Made by a program: the position numbers and the translations under genes. DNA of 64,000 nt from Candidatus Ratteibacteria bacterium (GTDB taxonomy: Bacteria > Ratteibacteria > UBA8468 > B48-G9 > DTJG01). The stretch covers positions 139,839 to 203,838 of the forward strand of contig JBBADJ010000002.1 of assembly GCA_041656495.1 (NCBI GenBank), in the 5' to 3' direction. The notes beneath the pieces were generated by a model. It searched no databases. It was not told the origin of the DNA and saw only the letters and a list, made by a program, of their open reading frames with translations. Every line of letters starts with the position of its first letter. Position 1 is the first letter of the stretch. Below are positions 39,106 through 50,006 of this stretch, piece after piece.

Positions 39106-40242
39106 CTATACTCCTTTGAAAAGAGAGACAAGATCCGTCCGTTCCCAGGTAAACTCTGGTTCGGTCCTTCCAAAATGGCCGTACGTTGCGGTCTTTCGAT
39201 AAATAGGACGTCTAAGATCCAACTTTGTAATGATCCCTTCCGGAGTAAGATCAAGGTTTTTTCTGATTATGCGTATAATGGAATCTTCCGGTACACGCGC
39301 GGTTCCGTAGCAATTTACCGAAAGAGATACTGGTTCGGTCTCGCCAATAATATAGGCAAGCTGTATATCACAACGGTCTGCAATTTCCGAGGCAACAATA
39401 TTTTTCGCAATATAGCGGGCAAAGTAAGAGGCGGAACGATCTACCTTACTCGGATCTTTTCCTGAAAAACAACCTCCTCCATGGCGCCCCACTCCACCAT
39501 AAGTATCCACAATAATCTTCCTGCCTGTTACACCAGTGTCGGCCTGGGGTCCTCCAATGGTAAAAGAACCTGTAGGATTCACATACACGGTCATCTTCTT
39601 TGCCATTAGTTCCTGTGGAATGGTTGTTTCAATGACCGCTTCAATCAGATCTTTTCGGATCTTTCCCTGATCAATATTTTCGTCGTGTTGCGCCGATAAA
39701 ACCACGGAAACGATCTCAACAGGAGTATCGTCCACATACCGAACCGTCACCTGACTTTTTCCATCGGGACGAAGATAAGGTATTTCTCTCTTTTTTCTCA
39801 CCTCGTCAAGCTTTTTAACTAATGCATGCGCCTGCATAAGAGGCATCGGCATATATTCTTCGGTTTCCCGAACCGCATACCCGAACATCATTCCCTGATC
39901 TCCCGCGCCCCCTTTATCCACACCCAACGCAATATCGCTTGACTGTTCTTGAATAGCAGTGATTACCGCGCTTGAATCAAAGTTAAACCCATACGATGAA
40001 TTTGCATATCCTACCTCGCGGATTACATTGCGAACAAGACCAGGAATATCCACATACGCCTTTGTAGAAATTTCTCCCGCGACAAAAACCAAACCCCGCG
40101 TTGTCAAAGATTCGCAAGCAACTCTTCCATACAGATCTTTTTCCAGGACCGCATCAAGAATCTCGTCAGAAATCTGATCGCACATCTTGTCAGGATGACC
40201 TTCTGTTACAGATTCTGAAGTAAAAAGATACTCCCTTCCCAT
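39106..40242 (-). CDS. metK: S-adenosylmethionine synthetase
   Basis: [20 protein letters not shown] signature; start trimmed to MGREY. Confidence 0.95.
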   Translation of the reverse strand: MGREYLFTSESVTEGHPDKMCDQISDEILDAVLEKDLYGRVACESLTTRGLVFVAGEISTKAYVDIPGLVRNVIREVGYANSSYGFNFDSSAVITAIQEQSSDIALGVDKGGAGDQGMMFGYAVRETEEYMPMPLMQAHALVKKLDEVRKKREIPYLRPDGKSQVTVRYVDDTPVEIVSVVLSAQHDENIDQGKIRKDLIEAVIETTIPQELMAKKMTVYVNPTGSFTIGGPQADTGVTGRKIIVDTYGGVGRHGGGCFSGKDPSKVDRSASYFARYIAKNIVASEIADRCDIQLAYIIGETEPVSLSVNCYGTARVPEDSIIRIIRKNLDLTPEGIITKLDLRRPIYRKTATYGHFGRTEPEFTWERTDLVSLFKGV

Positions 40243-40397
40243 TTTTGCCTCCTTCAACAAAATAGGTTCAGCTCTTTTTTTTTCTAAAAAAAAATAAGAA
40301 CTATTTCTTGACGTACGCATACTTAATAAGAAAAGTCTTTTATACAATTCTACAAGTATACGATGAAATGACAGAAGTAAAAAGAAATGCGGGGCCC

Positions 40398-41444
40398 TTA
40401 CTCTTTTTTTGAAAGTTCTTCTTTAAGAAAAGTGATTTCGGAAATCTCGGTCGGGTCCACGTCATTTAGCAATGCAAGATAAAAACTAAGCCAATCCCCC
40501 AGCACCGCCGCAAGAAAAAGGCGTGTACGAAGATCTCCTGAAAACGGGCCGATCCGACGCACTAAAACTCCTTTCTTTTTAAGGATTGTTTCGGTAAGTT
40601 CCATCCTAAGAGATACCCGCGGATGATCAGCAGGATCGTATAAAAAAAGAGCGGCGGAATTTGCAACAAGAAATTCCGGGTAACGCCATGCCATTATCTC
40701 ATTGTGATTCATTTCAGGAAATTCGTTACATCCAGCGAATGCTTTGCTATTTTCCGCAATCTGTGTTTTCCATCGCAATGCGGCAGGTGCGAGCAATCTT
40801 CCTGAATAGATAAGAATATTTCTATTGAAACAATCACGTGCAAGAATTTTCGCAGGGTTCTTTTCTATTACATCAGGAGCGCATTCACGGATCTTCGCCT
40901 TTACAAAGTCATCAAAGTCCGTATCACAGAATGCGTCAATATAACCAAGTCTCTGAAAAAGAGAGAAAAGCGGAAAAAAAAGCCATCCCACACTACATCG
41001 TGGAGGATTTCCAGAAGGAATCCTTACATAGGGAGCCCCCTCTTTTTTTGCAAAGGTCTCCAGAGCGCCTCCACTGGAAAGGGTCCAAAGATCCGCCTTT
41101 CTGTAAACCGCTTCCCGGCAAGCGCTTAATGTTTCTTCCGTATTTCCCGAATAACTTAATGCCACAACAAGACTTCCTTCTCTGATAAAAGAAGGAAGCC
41201 CGTAATCCCGATGCACAATACAAGGCACCCTACATTCGGTCCTTATCAACCCTCGGATAAAATCGCCCGCGATCGCAGATCCGCCCATCCCTACAATACA
41301 AAGAGAAGAATAGTCGGTTTTAGAAGGAAGAGGTATCTTAATCTGTCGCGCGCCGATACACTGTTCATCAAAGGTTTCAAGAAGTTCTTTCATATTTGAA
41401 CTATCAATACGGGAGATCTCGTCTCTATCATTAAGTATTGGCAT
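40398..41444 (-). CDS. Bifunctional phosphoglucose/phosphomannose isomerase (SIS-domain)
   Basis: SIS motif [13 protein letters not shown] and PGI/PMI family length and architecture. Confidence 0.75.
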   Translation of the reverse strand: MPILNDRDEISRIDSSNMKELLETFDEQCIGARQIKIPLPSKTDYSSLCIVGMGGSAIAGDFIRGLIRTECRVPCIVHRDYGLPSFIREGSLVVALSYSGNTEETLSACREAVYRKADLWTLSSGGALETFAKKEGAPYVRIPSGNPPRCSVGWLFFPLFSLFQRLGYIDAFCDTDFDDFVKAKIRECAPDVIEKNPAKILARDCFNRNILIYSGRLLAPAALRWKTQIAENSKAFAGCNEFPEMNHNEIMAWRYPEFLVANSAALFLYDPADHPRVSLRMELTETILKKKGVLVRRIGPFSGDLRTRLFLAAVLGDWLSFYLALLNDVDPTEISEITFLKEELSKKE

Positions 41445-43170
41445 GTTTCCCCTTTAGAACATTGTGAAGAAAACGGAAAGCTGTTCCATGGGTTGGAAAG
41501 GTTATCGCTTCTTGAGCAGCGGCACGCGCCTTCTCAAAGAAGATACTTCTTACTATCTGTTTTACCTCGGGAATCATTGAAGAAGTCATACTGAACCGAG
41601 TAAGACCAAGACCCACTAAGAAAAGAACCATCTCAGGAATTGAGGCACTCTCTCCGCAAATACTCACTTCAATACCAGCTTGCAACGCCTGCTCTACCGT
41701 ATTTTTCAATAAAAGCAAAATCGCAGGATGAAACGGCTGGTACAGGTAAGATATTTTTTCATTTACTCGATCCACAGCCATCGTATATTGGATAAGATCA
41801 TTAGTGCCTATACTGAAAAAATCTGTTTCTTTTGCAAATGATTCTGCCAGAAGCGCCGCGGAAGGTACCTCAATCATAATACCAACCGGAAGCTCAGAGA
41901 AGGATTTCTTTTTCTTTGAAAGATCTTTCACCACTCCGGAAATAATCTCCTTTGTTCTCCACACTTCGTCAAGGGTGGAAATCATCGGAAGAAGAATTTT
42001 CATATTTCCTGCGGCTCCCGCGCGAAGAATAGCGCGGATCTGAGTTCGGAATATCTCTGGATTTCCAAGACAAAACCGTACGGCACGAAGTCCCATTAAT
42101 GGATTCAATTCACGAGGTTTTTCAAAATGAGAAACAAATTTATCTCCGCCAATATCAAGGGTTCGTATAATAACAGGTTTTTTCTTCATCGCCTGTACAA
42201 CCTTTTGATACGAATGGTACTGCTCCTCTTCTCCGGGCACATCTTCTCTGTTCATAAAAAGATATTCTGTGCGGTACAGCCCCACACCCTGCGCTCCATA
42301 TTTCAATGCAGTGTTCGCCTCTTCGGGAAGTGCAATATTTGCTAAAAGAGATATGGAAACACCATCTTTTGTCTGAGATGCAACCCGTTTCATTAGAAAA
42401 AAAGATTTCTTTTTTTTCAGGAATTCTGTCTGCCGGGCTTTACTTTTCTTAATAACAGAAGGAGTGGGATCCATAATCACCTTCCCTCCGAACCCGTCAA
42501 GAACCACGGTCTGCTCCTCTTTCAAGAGTTCTGTCAACTCTCCGCACCCTACCACCGCGGGAATCTCAAGCGCCTTTGCCATAATCGCGGTATGAGAGGT
42601 TTCACTTCCTATTTCTGTAGCAATACCAATAATACGACGAGGATCAAGGTTAGCGGTCTGAGAAGGAGAAAGATCATGAGCGGCTATAATTACCTCATAA
42701 TCGTAGGAGGTCTTCTCTCCGCTATTGGCAAGATAAGAAAAGACCCGATCCGCCACATCAAGAATATCTCGTTTCCGCTCTTCAAAAAGTTCTTCTCCGG
42801 GACGGCCAAAAAGGTTTAAAACATTCTGAAGGGAAAGATGAAAAGCATACTTTGCATTCATCCGTTCTTTACGGATATATTTCACCGTGGACTCATGCAA
42901 ACGGTGATCTTTCAGTAACAATAAATGTACTGAAAAGATCTCGCCATACTTCTTTCCAACCGTGCTTGTAACAGAATCTCGGGTTTCAAGGATCTTTTTC
43001 TCCGCCCGTTGCAACGCTCCGCTGAACTTCTCAATTTCCTTCTCCACACGAGAGGCAGGAATCCGACGCAACGGAGGAAGAATCAGATCATTTTTCCAGA
43101 CCGTTACCTTACCAACCGCAATACCCGGAGAAACAGGAATACCCTCAATCGTACGCATCTCTTCATCCAA
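41431..43170 (-). CDS. ptsI: Phosphoenolpyruvate-protein phosphotransferase (Enzyme I)
   Basis: N-terminal EI domain (GIPVSPGIAVGKV), phosphohistidine and PEP-utilizing domains; 579 aa. Confidence 0.9.
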   Translation of the reverse strand: MDEEMRTIEGIPVSPGIAVGKVTVWKNDLILPPLRRIPASRVEKEIEKFSGALQRAEKKILETRDSVTSTVGKKYGEIFSVHLLLLKDHRLHESTVKYIRKERMNAKYAFHLSLQNVLNLFGRPGEELFEERKRDILDVADRVFSYLANSGEKTSYDYEVIIAAHDLSPSQTANLDPRRIIGIATEIGSETSHTAIMAKALEIPAVVGCGELTELLKEEQTVVLDGFGGKVIMDPTPSVIKKSKARQTEFLKKKKSFFLMKRVASQTKDGVSISLLANIALPEEANTALKYGAQGVGLYRTEYLFMNREDVPGEEEQYHSYQKVVQAMKKKPVIIRTLDIGGDKFVSHFEKPRELNPLMGLRAVRFCLGNPEIFRTQIRAILRAGAAGNMKILLPMISTLDEVWRTKEIISGVVKDLSKKKKSFSELPVGIMIEVPSAALLAESFAKETDFFSIGTNDLIQYTMAVDRVNEKISYLYQPFHPAILLLLKNTVEQALQAGIEVSICGESASIPEMVLFLVGLGLTRFSMTSSMIPEVKQIVRSIFFEKARAAAQEAITFPTHGTAFRFLHNVLKGKHANT

Positions 43171-43636
43171 GACTGTTTAATCGCTCCTCGTCCTCTTGGA
43201 TAATCTGAAAGACTTCAGCGGAAGTCTTGGAAGCGCGAAGAGAATTTTTAAAGACCCTATCTTTCAAAAGGCGGGCGATTTTTGCAAGAGCTTTCAAATG
43301 AAGTCCGGTAGCACCTACAGGTGCCAATACCAGGAAAACAATATACACGTTTTCCCCATCAAGAGAGTCAAAATTGATTCCTTTCTGAGAAATACCAAGA
43401 CAGCATACCAAACGAGAAACTTGATCGCTTTTTGCGTGGGGAACCGCTATTCCATGGCCTATTCCGGTTGAACCGAGCTTCTCCCGTTCAAGTAGGATTT
43501 CAAGAACCTTCTCCTTGTTCTCAACGCTTCCAGAAGCCTCTAATATATCAAGAAGTTCAAGAAGAGATTCTGATTTCCCCGTTGCCTTCATATCAAGAAG
43601 GATCTCTTTTTCACTAATATATTCAGTAATCTTCAT
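43163..43636 (-). CDS. ptsN: PTS EIIA(Ntr)-type protein PtsN
   Basis: EIIA fructose/nitrogen family, GIGHGIAVPHAKSD active-site His motif. Confidence 0.85.
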   Translation of the reverse strand: MKITEYISEKEILLDMKATGKSESLLELLDILEASGSVENKEKVLEILLEREKLGSTGIGHGIAVPHAKSDQVSRLVCCLGISQKGINFDSLDGENVYIVFLVLAPVGATGLHLKALAKIARLLKDRVFKNSLRASKTSAEVFQIIQEDEERLNSLG

Positions 43637-43677
43637 GCAACACTCCTTATGTGGGGAAAAACGGGATTATTGTCCTG

Positions 43678-43974
43678 TTATTTATGAGACATGTCAACTT
43701 TTTTATCATGAGTTTTAATGGCTTGGTTTTTCAATTTCTTCACAAGCCGTTCCACACTCTCGTTCAAATCGTTTCCTTCTTCCTTTACAAAAATTGTACC
43801 ATTCTTACTTTTGGCATTCGCAACCACCACATACAAATCTCCCTCCATCTTTACCGTAAGAGTAATAGAAGGTTCATTAAAAAAGAACTTTTCGCATCGT
43901 GCAAATTTTTTCTCTGCAAACTCTTCAAAATTCCTATCTACCTTTACACGAATTGTCTGTAACTGAAATTTCAT
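43678..43974 (-). CDS. hpf: Ribosome hibernation promoting factor (sigma-54 modulation protein family, short form)
   Basis: 98-aa RaiA/HPF fold (MKFQLQTIRVKVDRNFEEFAEKKF...); translationally coupled (ATGA) to the upstream gene. Confidence 0.85.
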   Translation of the reverse strand: MKFQLQTIRVKVDRNFEEFAEKKFARCEKFFFNEPSITLTVKMEGDLYVVVANAKSKNGTIFVKEEGNDLNESVERLVKKLKNQAIKTHDKKVDMSHK

Positions 43975-44972
43975 TCTGCCTCCCTGTAAAGAGAAAGCAT
44001 TGGAAAATAGTGTTGAAGAATTTCTTGATATAACGCCCCTTCCTCCGCCATCTTTTTAGCTCCCCACTGACAAAGTCCCACACCATGACCATACCCTGTT
44101 CCTTTAAAAAGAAAACCCTTTGCAGTGGAGGAAACCTCAAACCTTGTGCTTGGAATCACTCTCGGCGCGGTAAATATTCCCGGAAAAGAAAGACGTAGAT
44201 CTTTCCCCTGAATACGTTTTCTTCCTGTAGAAGATCTTGCCTCCACCATAACAGCTCTTCCCGCCGAATCGCGGCTTGTTACCGAAACTGTTTCTACTCC
44301 TATACCCAAAACCTTGCTCAACGACGAGGAAGGAATCGTTTTGCTCCACGCATAATAAGAACTTCCCTCACAATAGGGATCCCTTACTCCCACTAAACAT
44401 ACAAAGGGAGATTTCCATACCTCTGCCGCAGAACTTGTATACCCGCCGCAACAAGAATGAAAAAAAGCCGGAACTAAAGTTTCGCCATTGACTAAATATT
44501 CGCCGGCGGTCGCATCCACAGCTTCAATCACACGATCGCTTTCTCCCGCAATGCCTGCGTACACCTGATGTAAAACTCCATCACTTACATCCCAAGGAAG
44601 CCCTTTTTCCAAGGATGATCTAATATGGAACAAGGCCATTGTTCTTGAACAGACCGCCTGTGCCTTAAGGGCTTCAAGGGGCCAGTTCTTTTCCATCTCT
44701 TTTGCAAGAACGCCATATAAATAATCTTCAAGATCAAGGGTATTCACAATATAACAAGACCGACCAACCCGTTCTACCGCAAGGGTTCCCCGATATTTTC
44801 CACGGTACCGCGAAAGATCTGAAGGTATATACGTTCCCTTCCATATACAGACCCGTACAAGAGAGGACCACACCGGAGCCGGAAGACTAAAGAACAAGAC
44901 GCTAATCAGCGCGGCGGTCCGAAAGATCCGTAACTTGTACCCTAACATTCCCTTCAAAGGCAAGTTTTCCAC
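43971..44972 (-). CDS. SpoIID/LytB domain protein (cell-wall amidase enhancer / lytic glycosylase-like)
   Basis: Signal peptide; SpoIID motifs VYAGIAGESDRVIEAVDATAGEYL...FFHSCCGGYTSSAAEVW. Confidence 0.8.
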   Translation of the reverse strand: MENLPLKGMLGYKLRIFRTAALISVLFFSLPAPVWSSLVRVCIWKGTYIPSDLSRYRGKYRGTLAVERVGRSCYIVNTLDLEDYLYGVLAKEMEKNWPLEALKAQAVCSRTMALFHIRSSLEKGLPWDVSDGVLHQVYAGIAGESDRVIEAVDATAGEYLVNGETLVPAFFHSCCGGYTSSAAEVWKSPFVCLVGVRDPYCEGSSYYAWSKTIPSSSLSKVLGIGVETVSVTSRDSAGRAVMVEARSSTGRKRIQGKDLRLSFPGIFTAPRVIPSTRFEVSSTAKGFLFKGTGYGHGVGLCQWGAKKMAEEGALYQEILQHYFPMLSLYREAE

Positions 44973-45474
44973 TCCTCATGTCATAAACAATACGATCAGC
45001 TCTATACCGATTTCCAGTCTGTACAATTTCTGGAGAACCTTCCATAATAAGAGTCTCCTTATTTTGCCGGTAGATCAATTTTGTACAGGTTGCGGTAAAA
45101 GAGGGAGGCGCTCCTTCTGCGGGTTTCTGGGTAATACGGATCGTTCCTTCTAAAAGAATATCGGATATTTTTCTCGTGGAAGGATCAAGAAGAAGTTCTC
45201 CTTTTCCTGTCTTATCGGTCGTAATATCTATAAGACTGTTCTTGGAAGAAATCTTCAGATCCGGCTTCTTCACCACGGTTTTCGTTCCCGCATTCTCCTG
45301 CTCCGCAGATTCTCCGGTTACAACTAAAGCAACCTTTCCCGCAAGGCTCTCAATCCGAAATTTTTCAAGCATCGCGGATGACTCCTCAAGATGCGGCGCC
45401 TCTTTCTTTGCGCATCCGACCGCAAGACAAAGTAAGACTATGATATACCGTATTGCGCGACTGTTTTTTCCCAT
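44902..45474 (-). CDS. lptC: LptC/LptA-family (OstA-like) periplasmic LPS-transport protein, predicted lipoprotein
   Basis: Lipobox LLCLAVGC; beta-jellyroll OstA-like C-terminal pattern GNRYRADRIVYDMRSGKLAFEGNVRVQV; sits directly downstream of kdsC as in the E. coli kdsC-lptC-lptA order. Confidence 0.6.
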   Translation of the reverse strand: MGKNSRAIRYIIVLLCLAVGCAKKEAPHLEESSAMLEKFRIESLAGKVALVVTGESAEQENAGTKTVVKKPDLKISSKNSLIDITTDKTGKGELLLDPSTRKISDILLEGTIRITQKPAEGAPPSFTATCTKLIYRQNKETLIMEGSPEIVQTGNRYRADRIVYDMRSGKLAFEGNVRVQVTDLSDRRAD

Positions 45475-45947
45475 TTTCCTTGTCCTTTCAGAAGAAACTC
45501 CGCTACCTCTCTGGCAACACCGCATCCTCCCGGCGCTACAGTTACCACCACAGCCGCCTGGCGCGCCTGCTCAACGCCATCGGCAGGAGCCACTCCTATC
45601 CCCACCTGTTGAATCACCGCCACATCAGGAAGATCGTCTCCGCAATAACAGATTTCTCTAAACTCAAATCCTTCCCTGTCGCATAGATCGCGAAGCGCAG
45701 ACAATTTATCCTGAACCCCTTCCAGAAGAAAATCCACCTGAAGTTCTTTCATTCTTGAAGAAGAACTTTTTCTTCCGGAAAGTATCATGGTTTTGAATCC
45801 CGCGGCTTTCAACAAATGAAAAGCAAGACCGTCGCGCACAGAAAATCTCTTTGATTCAACCCCTTCTCCGCATGCGATCGTGCCATCAGTCAAAACACCA
45901 TCCACATCAAACGCCACAAGACGTATCTGTTCTATACCCACGATCAT
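45438..45947 (-). CDS. kdsC: 3-deoxy-D-manno-octulosonate 8-phosphate phosphatase
   Basis: HAD motif I (IRLVAFDVDGVLTDG); 169 aa. Confidence 0.9.
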   Translation of the reverse strand: MIVGIEQIRLVAFDVDGVLTDGTIACGEGVESKRFSVRDGLAFHLLKAAGFKTMILSGRKSSSSRMKELQVDFLLEGVQDKLSALRDLCDREGFEFREICYCGDDLPDVAVIQQVGIGVAPADGVEQARQAAVVVTVAPGGCGVAREVAEFLLKGQGKWEKTVAQYGIS

Positions 45948-46951
45948 TCTACACTAAACTCCTGTTTTCCAAGAAGATCGTGTAAATGGACAATCCCTTT
46001 CACCTTTCCAGTATTGTCCCGTATCACCAAACAAGTAATTTCAAACTGTTCCATCACCGAAAGAGCCTGGACCGCAAGTTTTTCTTCGCCAATACTTTGA
46101 GGTTCCGGACTCATACAATCTATCACCATCGCGCCTGTAAGATCAAAACGGTTCACAAGGAACCTTCTAAGGTCGCCATCAGTAAGAATTCCGCAAAGCT
46201 GTTCTCCCTCTTCCATCACTAAAGTAAATCCGAGGTTCTTCTGGTTTATCTCTTCTATCGCCTCTGAAAGCGTGGCGCTTTTCTCTACTATAGGAATCGC
46301 GTCTCCTGTCTGCATCACATCCTTTACCTTCAGCATCAACCGATGACCAAGATTCCCGCCAGGATGAAAAAAAGCAAAATCCTCTTTCTGGAAATTCTTC
46401 ATCCGCATAAGAGTACAGGCAATCGCGTCTCCCAAGACCAAAGCAACAGTCGTACTAGAAGAAGGAATAAGTCCGAATGGATCCGCTTCAAAGATCGGGC
46501 CGGTATTGATCGTTGCATCACTTTGCATCGCAAGGGAACTGGATACATTTGACGTTACCGCGACAATGCGCGCTCCGATCTTCTTCAAAAAAGGAAGAAT
46601 CCTCAAGATCTCCTCGGTCTCTCCGCTGTTGGAGATAGCAAGAACCACATCATTCTCACATACCATCCCAAGGTCTCCATGAATAGCCTCTCCCGGATGA
46701 AGAGAAATAGAAGGAGTTCCTGTACTCGCAAGGGTAGCCACAATCTTTTTTCCGATAATTCCGCTCTTTCCCATTCCAGTAACCACCACCCTTCCCTTGC
46801 ATTCCGCAATCTCCTCCACTGCCGCGGAAAAGGTCTCATCCAACACTCTGGCAAGTTCTTCAAGATTGCGCGCTTCAAGCAGAATCACTTCCCGGCCATA
46901 CTCAAGGATCTCACTCTTCTTCATACCTGCGACTCTCCTTATGGATTCCAA
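45944..46951 (-). CDS. kdsD: Arabinose-5-phosphate isomerase (KpsF/GutQ family: SIS + tandem CBS)
   Basis: SIS motif VVVTGMGKSGIIGKK, C-terminal CBS pair. Confidence 0.9.
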   Translation of the reverse strand: MESIRRVAGMKKSEILEYGREVILLEARNLEELARVLDETFSAAVEEIAECKGRVVVTGMGKSGIIGKKIVATLASTGTPSISLHPGEAIHGDLGMVCENDVVLAISNSGETEEILRILPFLKKIGARIVAVTSNVSSSLAMQSDATINTGPIFEADPFGLIPSSSTTVALVLGDAIACTLMRMKNFQKEDFAFFHPGGNLGHRLMLKVKDVMQTGDAIPIVEKSATLSEAIEEINQKNLGFTLVMEEGEQLCGILTDGDLRRFLVNRFDLTGAMVIDCMSPEPQSIGEEKLAVQALSVMEQFEITCLVIRDNTGKVKGIVHLHDLLGKQEFSVE

Positions 46952-47741
46952 TAAATGATTTCAAAAGCGACTCAAGTTCTCCTAAAGGCACCATATTCGG
47001 ACCATCAGACAAAGCATTATCAGGATCTGGATGAACCTCAAGAAAAAGGCCATCGCATCCTACCGCAACCGCGGCCCTGCATAGAGCAGGAACAAATTCT
47101 CGCTGTCCGCCGGAACGTTCTCCTAATTTTCCCGGCTGTTGAACACTATGCGTTCCATCAAATATAAGAGGAATTCCTCTTCCCCTTATAATAGGTAGCG
47201 ACCGAAAATCCACCACTAAATTGTTATACCCAAAGCTAGTACCGCGTTCAGTTACCATTACCTTTTGATTTCCGGTTGACCGGACCTTCTCCACCGCATT
47301 TTCTATTTCCCAAGGCGACATAAACTGGCCTTTTTTAATATTTATCGGTCTTCTGCTTCTTCCTGCCGCAAGAAGAAGGTCTGTCTGTCTGCAAAGAAAG
47401 GCGGGAATCTGAAGAATATCCACTAATTCCGCCGCATAAGAGACCTGATCTTCAGAATGAATATCGGTCAGAACAGGAATGCCAAAAGTTTCCTTTACTT
47501 TCTTCAACATCTGAAGACCAGATTGTATCCCAGGTCCGCGATAGGTAGTTCCCGACGATCTATTCGCCTTATCAAAGGAACTTTTGAAAATAAAGGAGAT
47601 TCCAAGACGAAGCGCAATAGCAGAGATTGATTCCGCGGTACGTAAGAGCATCTTTTCGTTCTCTATGACGCACGGACCGGCAATAAGGACTAAATGTCCT
47701 TTTTCACCAATGCGAATATCTCCAACGGCGACAGTATTCAT
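46911..47741 (-). CDS. kdsA: 2-dehydro-3-deoxyphosphooctonate aldolase (KDO-8-P synthase)
   Basis: LVLIAGPCVIE...TDIHSEDQ motifs; 276 aa. Confidence 0.9.
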   Translation of the reverse strand: MNTVAVGDIRIGEKGHLVLIAGPCVIENEKMLLRTAESISAIALRLGISFIFKSSFDKANRSSGTTYRGPGIQSGLQMLKKVKETFGIPVLTDIHSEDQVSYAAELVDILQIPAFLCRQTDLLLAAGRSRRPINIKKGQFMSPWEIENAVEKVRSTGNQKVMVTERGTSFGYNNLVVDFRSLPIIRGRGIPLIFDGTHSVQQPGKLGERSGGQREFVPALCRAAVAVGCDGLFLEVHPDPDNALSDGPNMVPLGELESLLKSFIGIHKESRRYEEE

Positions 47742-47745
47742 CCGA

Positions 47746-48087
47746 TTACCCTGGGGGCCACCTCATGGCCCTTCCTCCAAGAAGATGAAGATGAAGATGA
47801 TCAACTGTCTGACCTGCCTGAGTTCCTGTATTCAAGACAATCCGATAGCCGCTTTCTGCAATCATCAACCGATAGGCAAGTTCTTTTGCTACCAGAAGCA
47901 TCCTTCCAAAAAGAGCCGCATCAGACTTCTCGGCTTCTCTAAGAGATCCAATATGTTTTTTTGGAATAATCAATATATGAATCGGCGCTTCTGGATTAAT
48001 ATCCTCAAAAGCGACAATTTCAGAGTCTTCATAGAGTTTCTTGGAAGGGATCTCTCCAGATGCGATAGAACAGAAGATACAACTCAT
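47746..48087 (-). CDS. HIT-family (histidine triad) nucleotide hydrolase
   Basis: CIFCSIASGEIPS N-terminus and HLHLHLLGG histidine-triad motif. Confidence 0.9.
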   Translation of the reverse strand: MSCIFCSIASGEIPSKKLYEDSEIVAFEDINPEAPIHILIIPKKHIGSLREAEKSDAALFGRMLLVAKELAYRLMIAESGYRIVLNTGTQAGQTVDHLHLHLLGGRAMRWPPG

Positions 48088-50006
48088 TTTGCTTCACTCT
48101 CTGGAACCATAAGATAAGATTGTATGACATCTCCTTCCTGTATATCGCGAAAATCAACTAAAGAAATTCCACACTCGGTATTCTGTGCAACTTCCTTCAC
48201 AGAGTTCTTAAAACGCCGTAGACTTCTGATTCTGCCCTCATACACGACCGAACCATCCCGTATAAGGCGCGCCTTTGATTCCCGCAGAATCTTACCGTCC
48301 ACCACAAGACATCCGGCAATAACATCTTTTCTATCTATAGTAAAGAGTTTTTTCACCTGGGCCTGACCAAAAAGTTTCTCTACTTCTTTCTCTTTGACTT
48401 GTCCTTCCACAACTGCTTTAATGTGATCTACTAAATCATAGATAAGACGAAAAGATCTAATGCTAATAGCATGCTGACGGGCAAGTTTTTCTGTTTTTGC
48501 ATCCGCAAAAACATTAAACCCGAAAACTAGGGCCTCTGAAACCCTTGCCAAAAGAATATCCGACTCATTGACCGCTCCTACCGCACTATGCATAATAGAT
48601 ACTCGCGGTCTTCCTGGTTTCGGCGAAGCAATCAACTTCTCTATAGAACCACGAATAGCCTCCAGAGAACCGCTTAAATCTGCTTTCAGGATAATTTTTA
48701 CCTCGCCGGGATCCTCTTCCGAAGAGGAGAGTTTTTGAAGATCTTCCAATGAAAGTTTTCTTATTGGAGCTACCTCGGAGACAGAAGAGGCATCCTTCGC
48801 GATCTGAGCCCGTCTGCGCGCGTCTTCCTCTGAAAGAACCGCAACAAACCGTTCTCCGGGATCAACGGTCATATTTGATCCCAAAAGTTCCAGTGGCGTT
48901 GAAGGACCCGCTTCTTCTAATTTTTTTCCGAATTCATCAAACATTGCCCGCACCTTTCCCCATGCGGCACCCGCAACAAAATAGTCTCCTATCCGCAATG
49001 TACCGTTTTGCACAAGAAGATCAAGAAGAGGTCCTTTTTGTTTATGGATATTTGATTCAATCACTGTAGCTTCCGCGGGTCTGTCGGGATTCGCTTTCAG
49101 TTCAAGCATTTCTCCCATTAACAACAGAATTTCAAGAAGTTCCTTAATCCCTTCTCCGGTAAGACCGGAAAGGTTCACAAATACATTCTCCCCTCCCCAA
49201 TCCTCTGCCAAGATTCCATGCGCAGAAAGCCCTTTCTTTACCGCCTCTGGATTGGCGCCGGGTCTGTCTATCTTATTTACCGCCACCACAACCGGAACCT
49301 CTGCCGCCTTACAATGGTTAATTGCCTCAACTGTCTGTACCTTCACTCCTTCATCTGCCGCCACCACTAACACGACAATATCTGTAAGAGCCGCTCCCCT
49401 GGCTCTAATCGCACTAAACGCTTCGTGCCCGGGAGTGTCAATAAATACAAGGTCGCCTTCAGGAAGATGTACTTTATACGCACCTATCTGTTGAGTAATA
49501 TCTCCAAACTCTCTTCCTGCCACATTGGTCTTTCGTATCGCGTCAAGAATCGTGGTTTTCCCATGATCCACATGTCCCATTACTGTTACCACCGCCGCGC
49601 GTTTTTTCAGTTCTTCTCCGCTTTCCTGATAATCCTCTGTAAAATAGAGCTCCTTGGTTTTCTGTAGTTCACAGGAAAACCCCAACTCCTCGCAAAGAGC
49701 AACCGTATGCTCAATACCTGGACGCTGGTTCATGGTAACAATAACTTTCTTCTTCTTTAACGACTTTATTAATTTCGCGACAGGAGTCTCCATTTTTGAA
49801 GCAAGCTCTCCCAGTGTTTCTGTACCAGAAAGAACTATCTGTTTTGAACTCCGCTTTTCTGTGGAAAGATAGGCTTCAATCTTTGCAATCTCTTCCTCGT
49901 TCAATCCACTTACATAGGTCTTTCCCGGAACACCCGCCTTCCCACATATCTCCACGAGCTGCTTTGAGGACAGTCCCATATTTTTTGCCGCCTGATACAA
50001 TCTCAT
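48084..50006 (-). CDS. infB: Translation initiation factor IF-2
   Basis: G-domain (GHVDHGKTT, DTPGH, NKID), C-terminal beta-barrels; 640 aa short form. Confidence 0.95.
   Translation of the reverse strand: MRLYQAAKNMGLSSKQLVEICGKAGVPGKTYVSGLNEEEIAKIEAYLSTEKRSSKQIVLSGTETLGELASKMETPVAKLIKSLKKKKVIVTMNQRPGIEHTVALCEELGFSCELQKTKELYFTEDYQESGEELKKRAAVVTVMGHVDHGKTTILDAIRKTNVAGREFGDITQQIGAYKVHLPEGDLVFIDTPGHEAFSAIRARGAALTDIVVLVVAADEGVKVQTVEAINHCKAAEVPVVVAVNKIDRPGANPEAVKKGLSAHGILAEDWGGENVFVNLSGLTGEGIKELLEILLLMGEMLELKANPDRPAEATVIESNIHKQKGPLLDLLVQNGTLRIGDYFVAGAAWGKVRAMFDEFGKKLEEAGPSTPLELLGSNMTVDPGERFVAVLSEEDARRRAQIAKDASSVSEVAPIRKLSLEDLQKLSSSEEDPGEVKIILKADLSGSLEAIRGSIEKLIASPKPGRPRVSIMHSAVGAVNESDILLARVSEALVFGFNVFADAKTEKLARQHAISIRSFRLIYDLVDHIKAVVEGQVKEKEVEKLFGQAQVKKLFTIDRKDVIAGCLVVDGKILRESKARLIRDGSVVYEGRIRSLRRFKNSVKEVAQNTECGISLVDFRDIQEGDVIQSYLMVPESEAK

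Noticed and set aside
40243-40397. Looked for a SAM riboswitch upstream of metK
   Set aside because: No SAM-I four-way-junction or obvious SAM-II pseudoknot consensus could be recognised by eye. The region is A/T-rich with only a GGGCCC palindrome belonging to the upstream gene's 3' end. Cannot be excluded without a covariance-model search.
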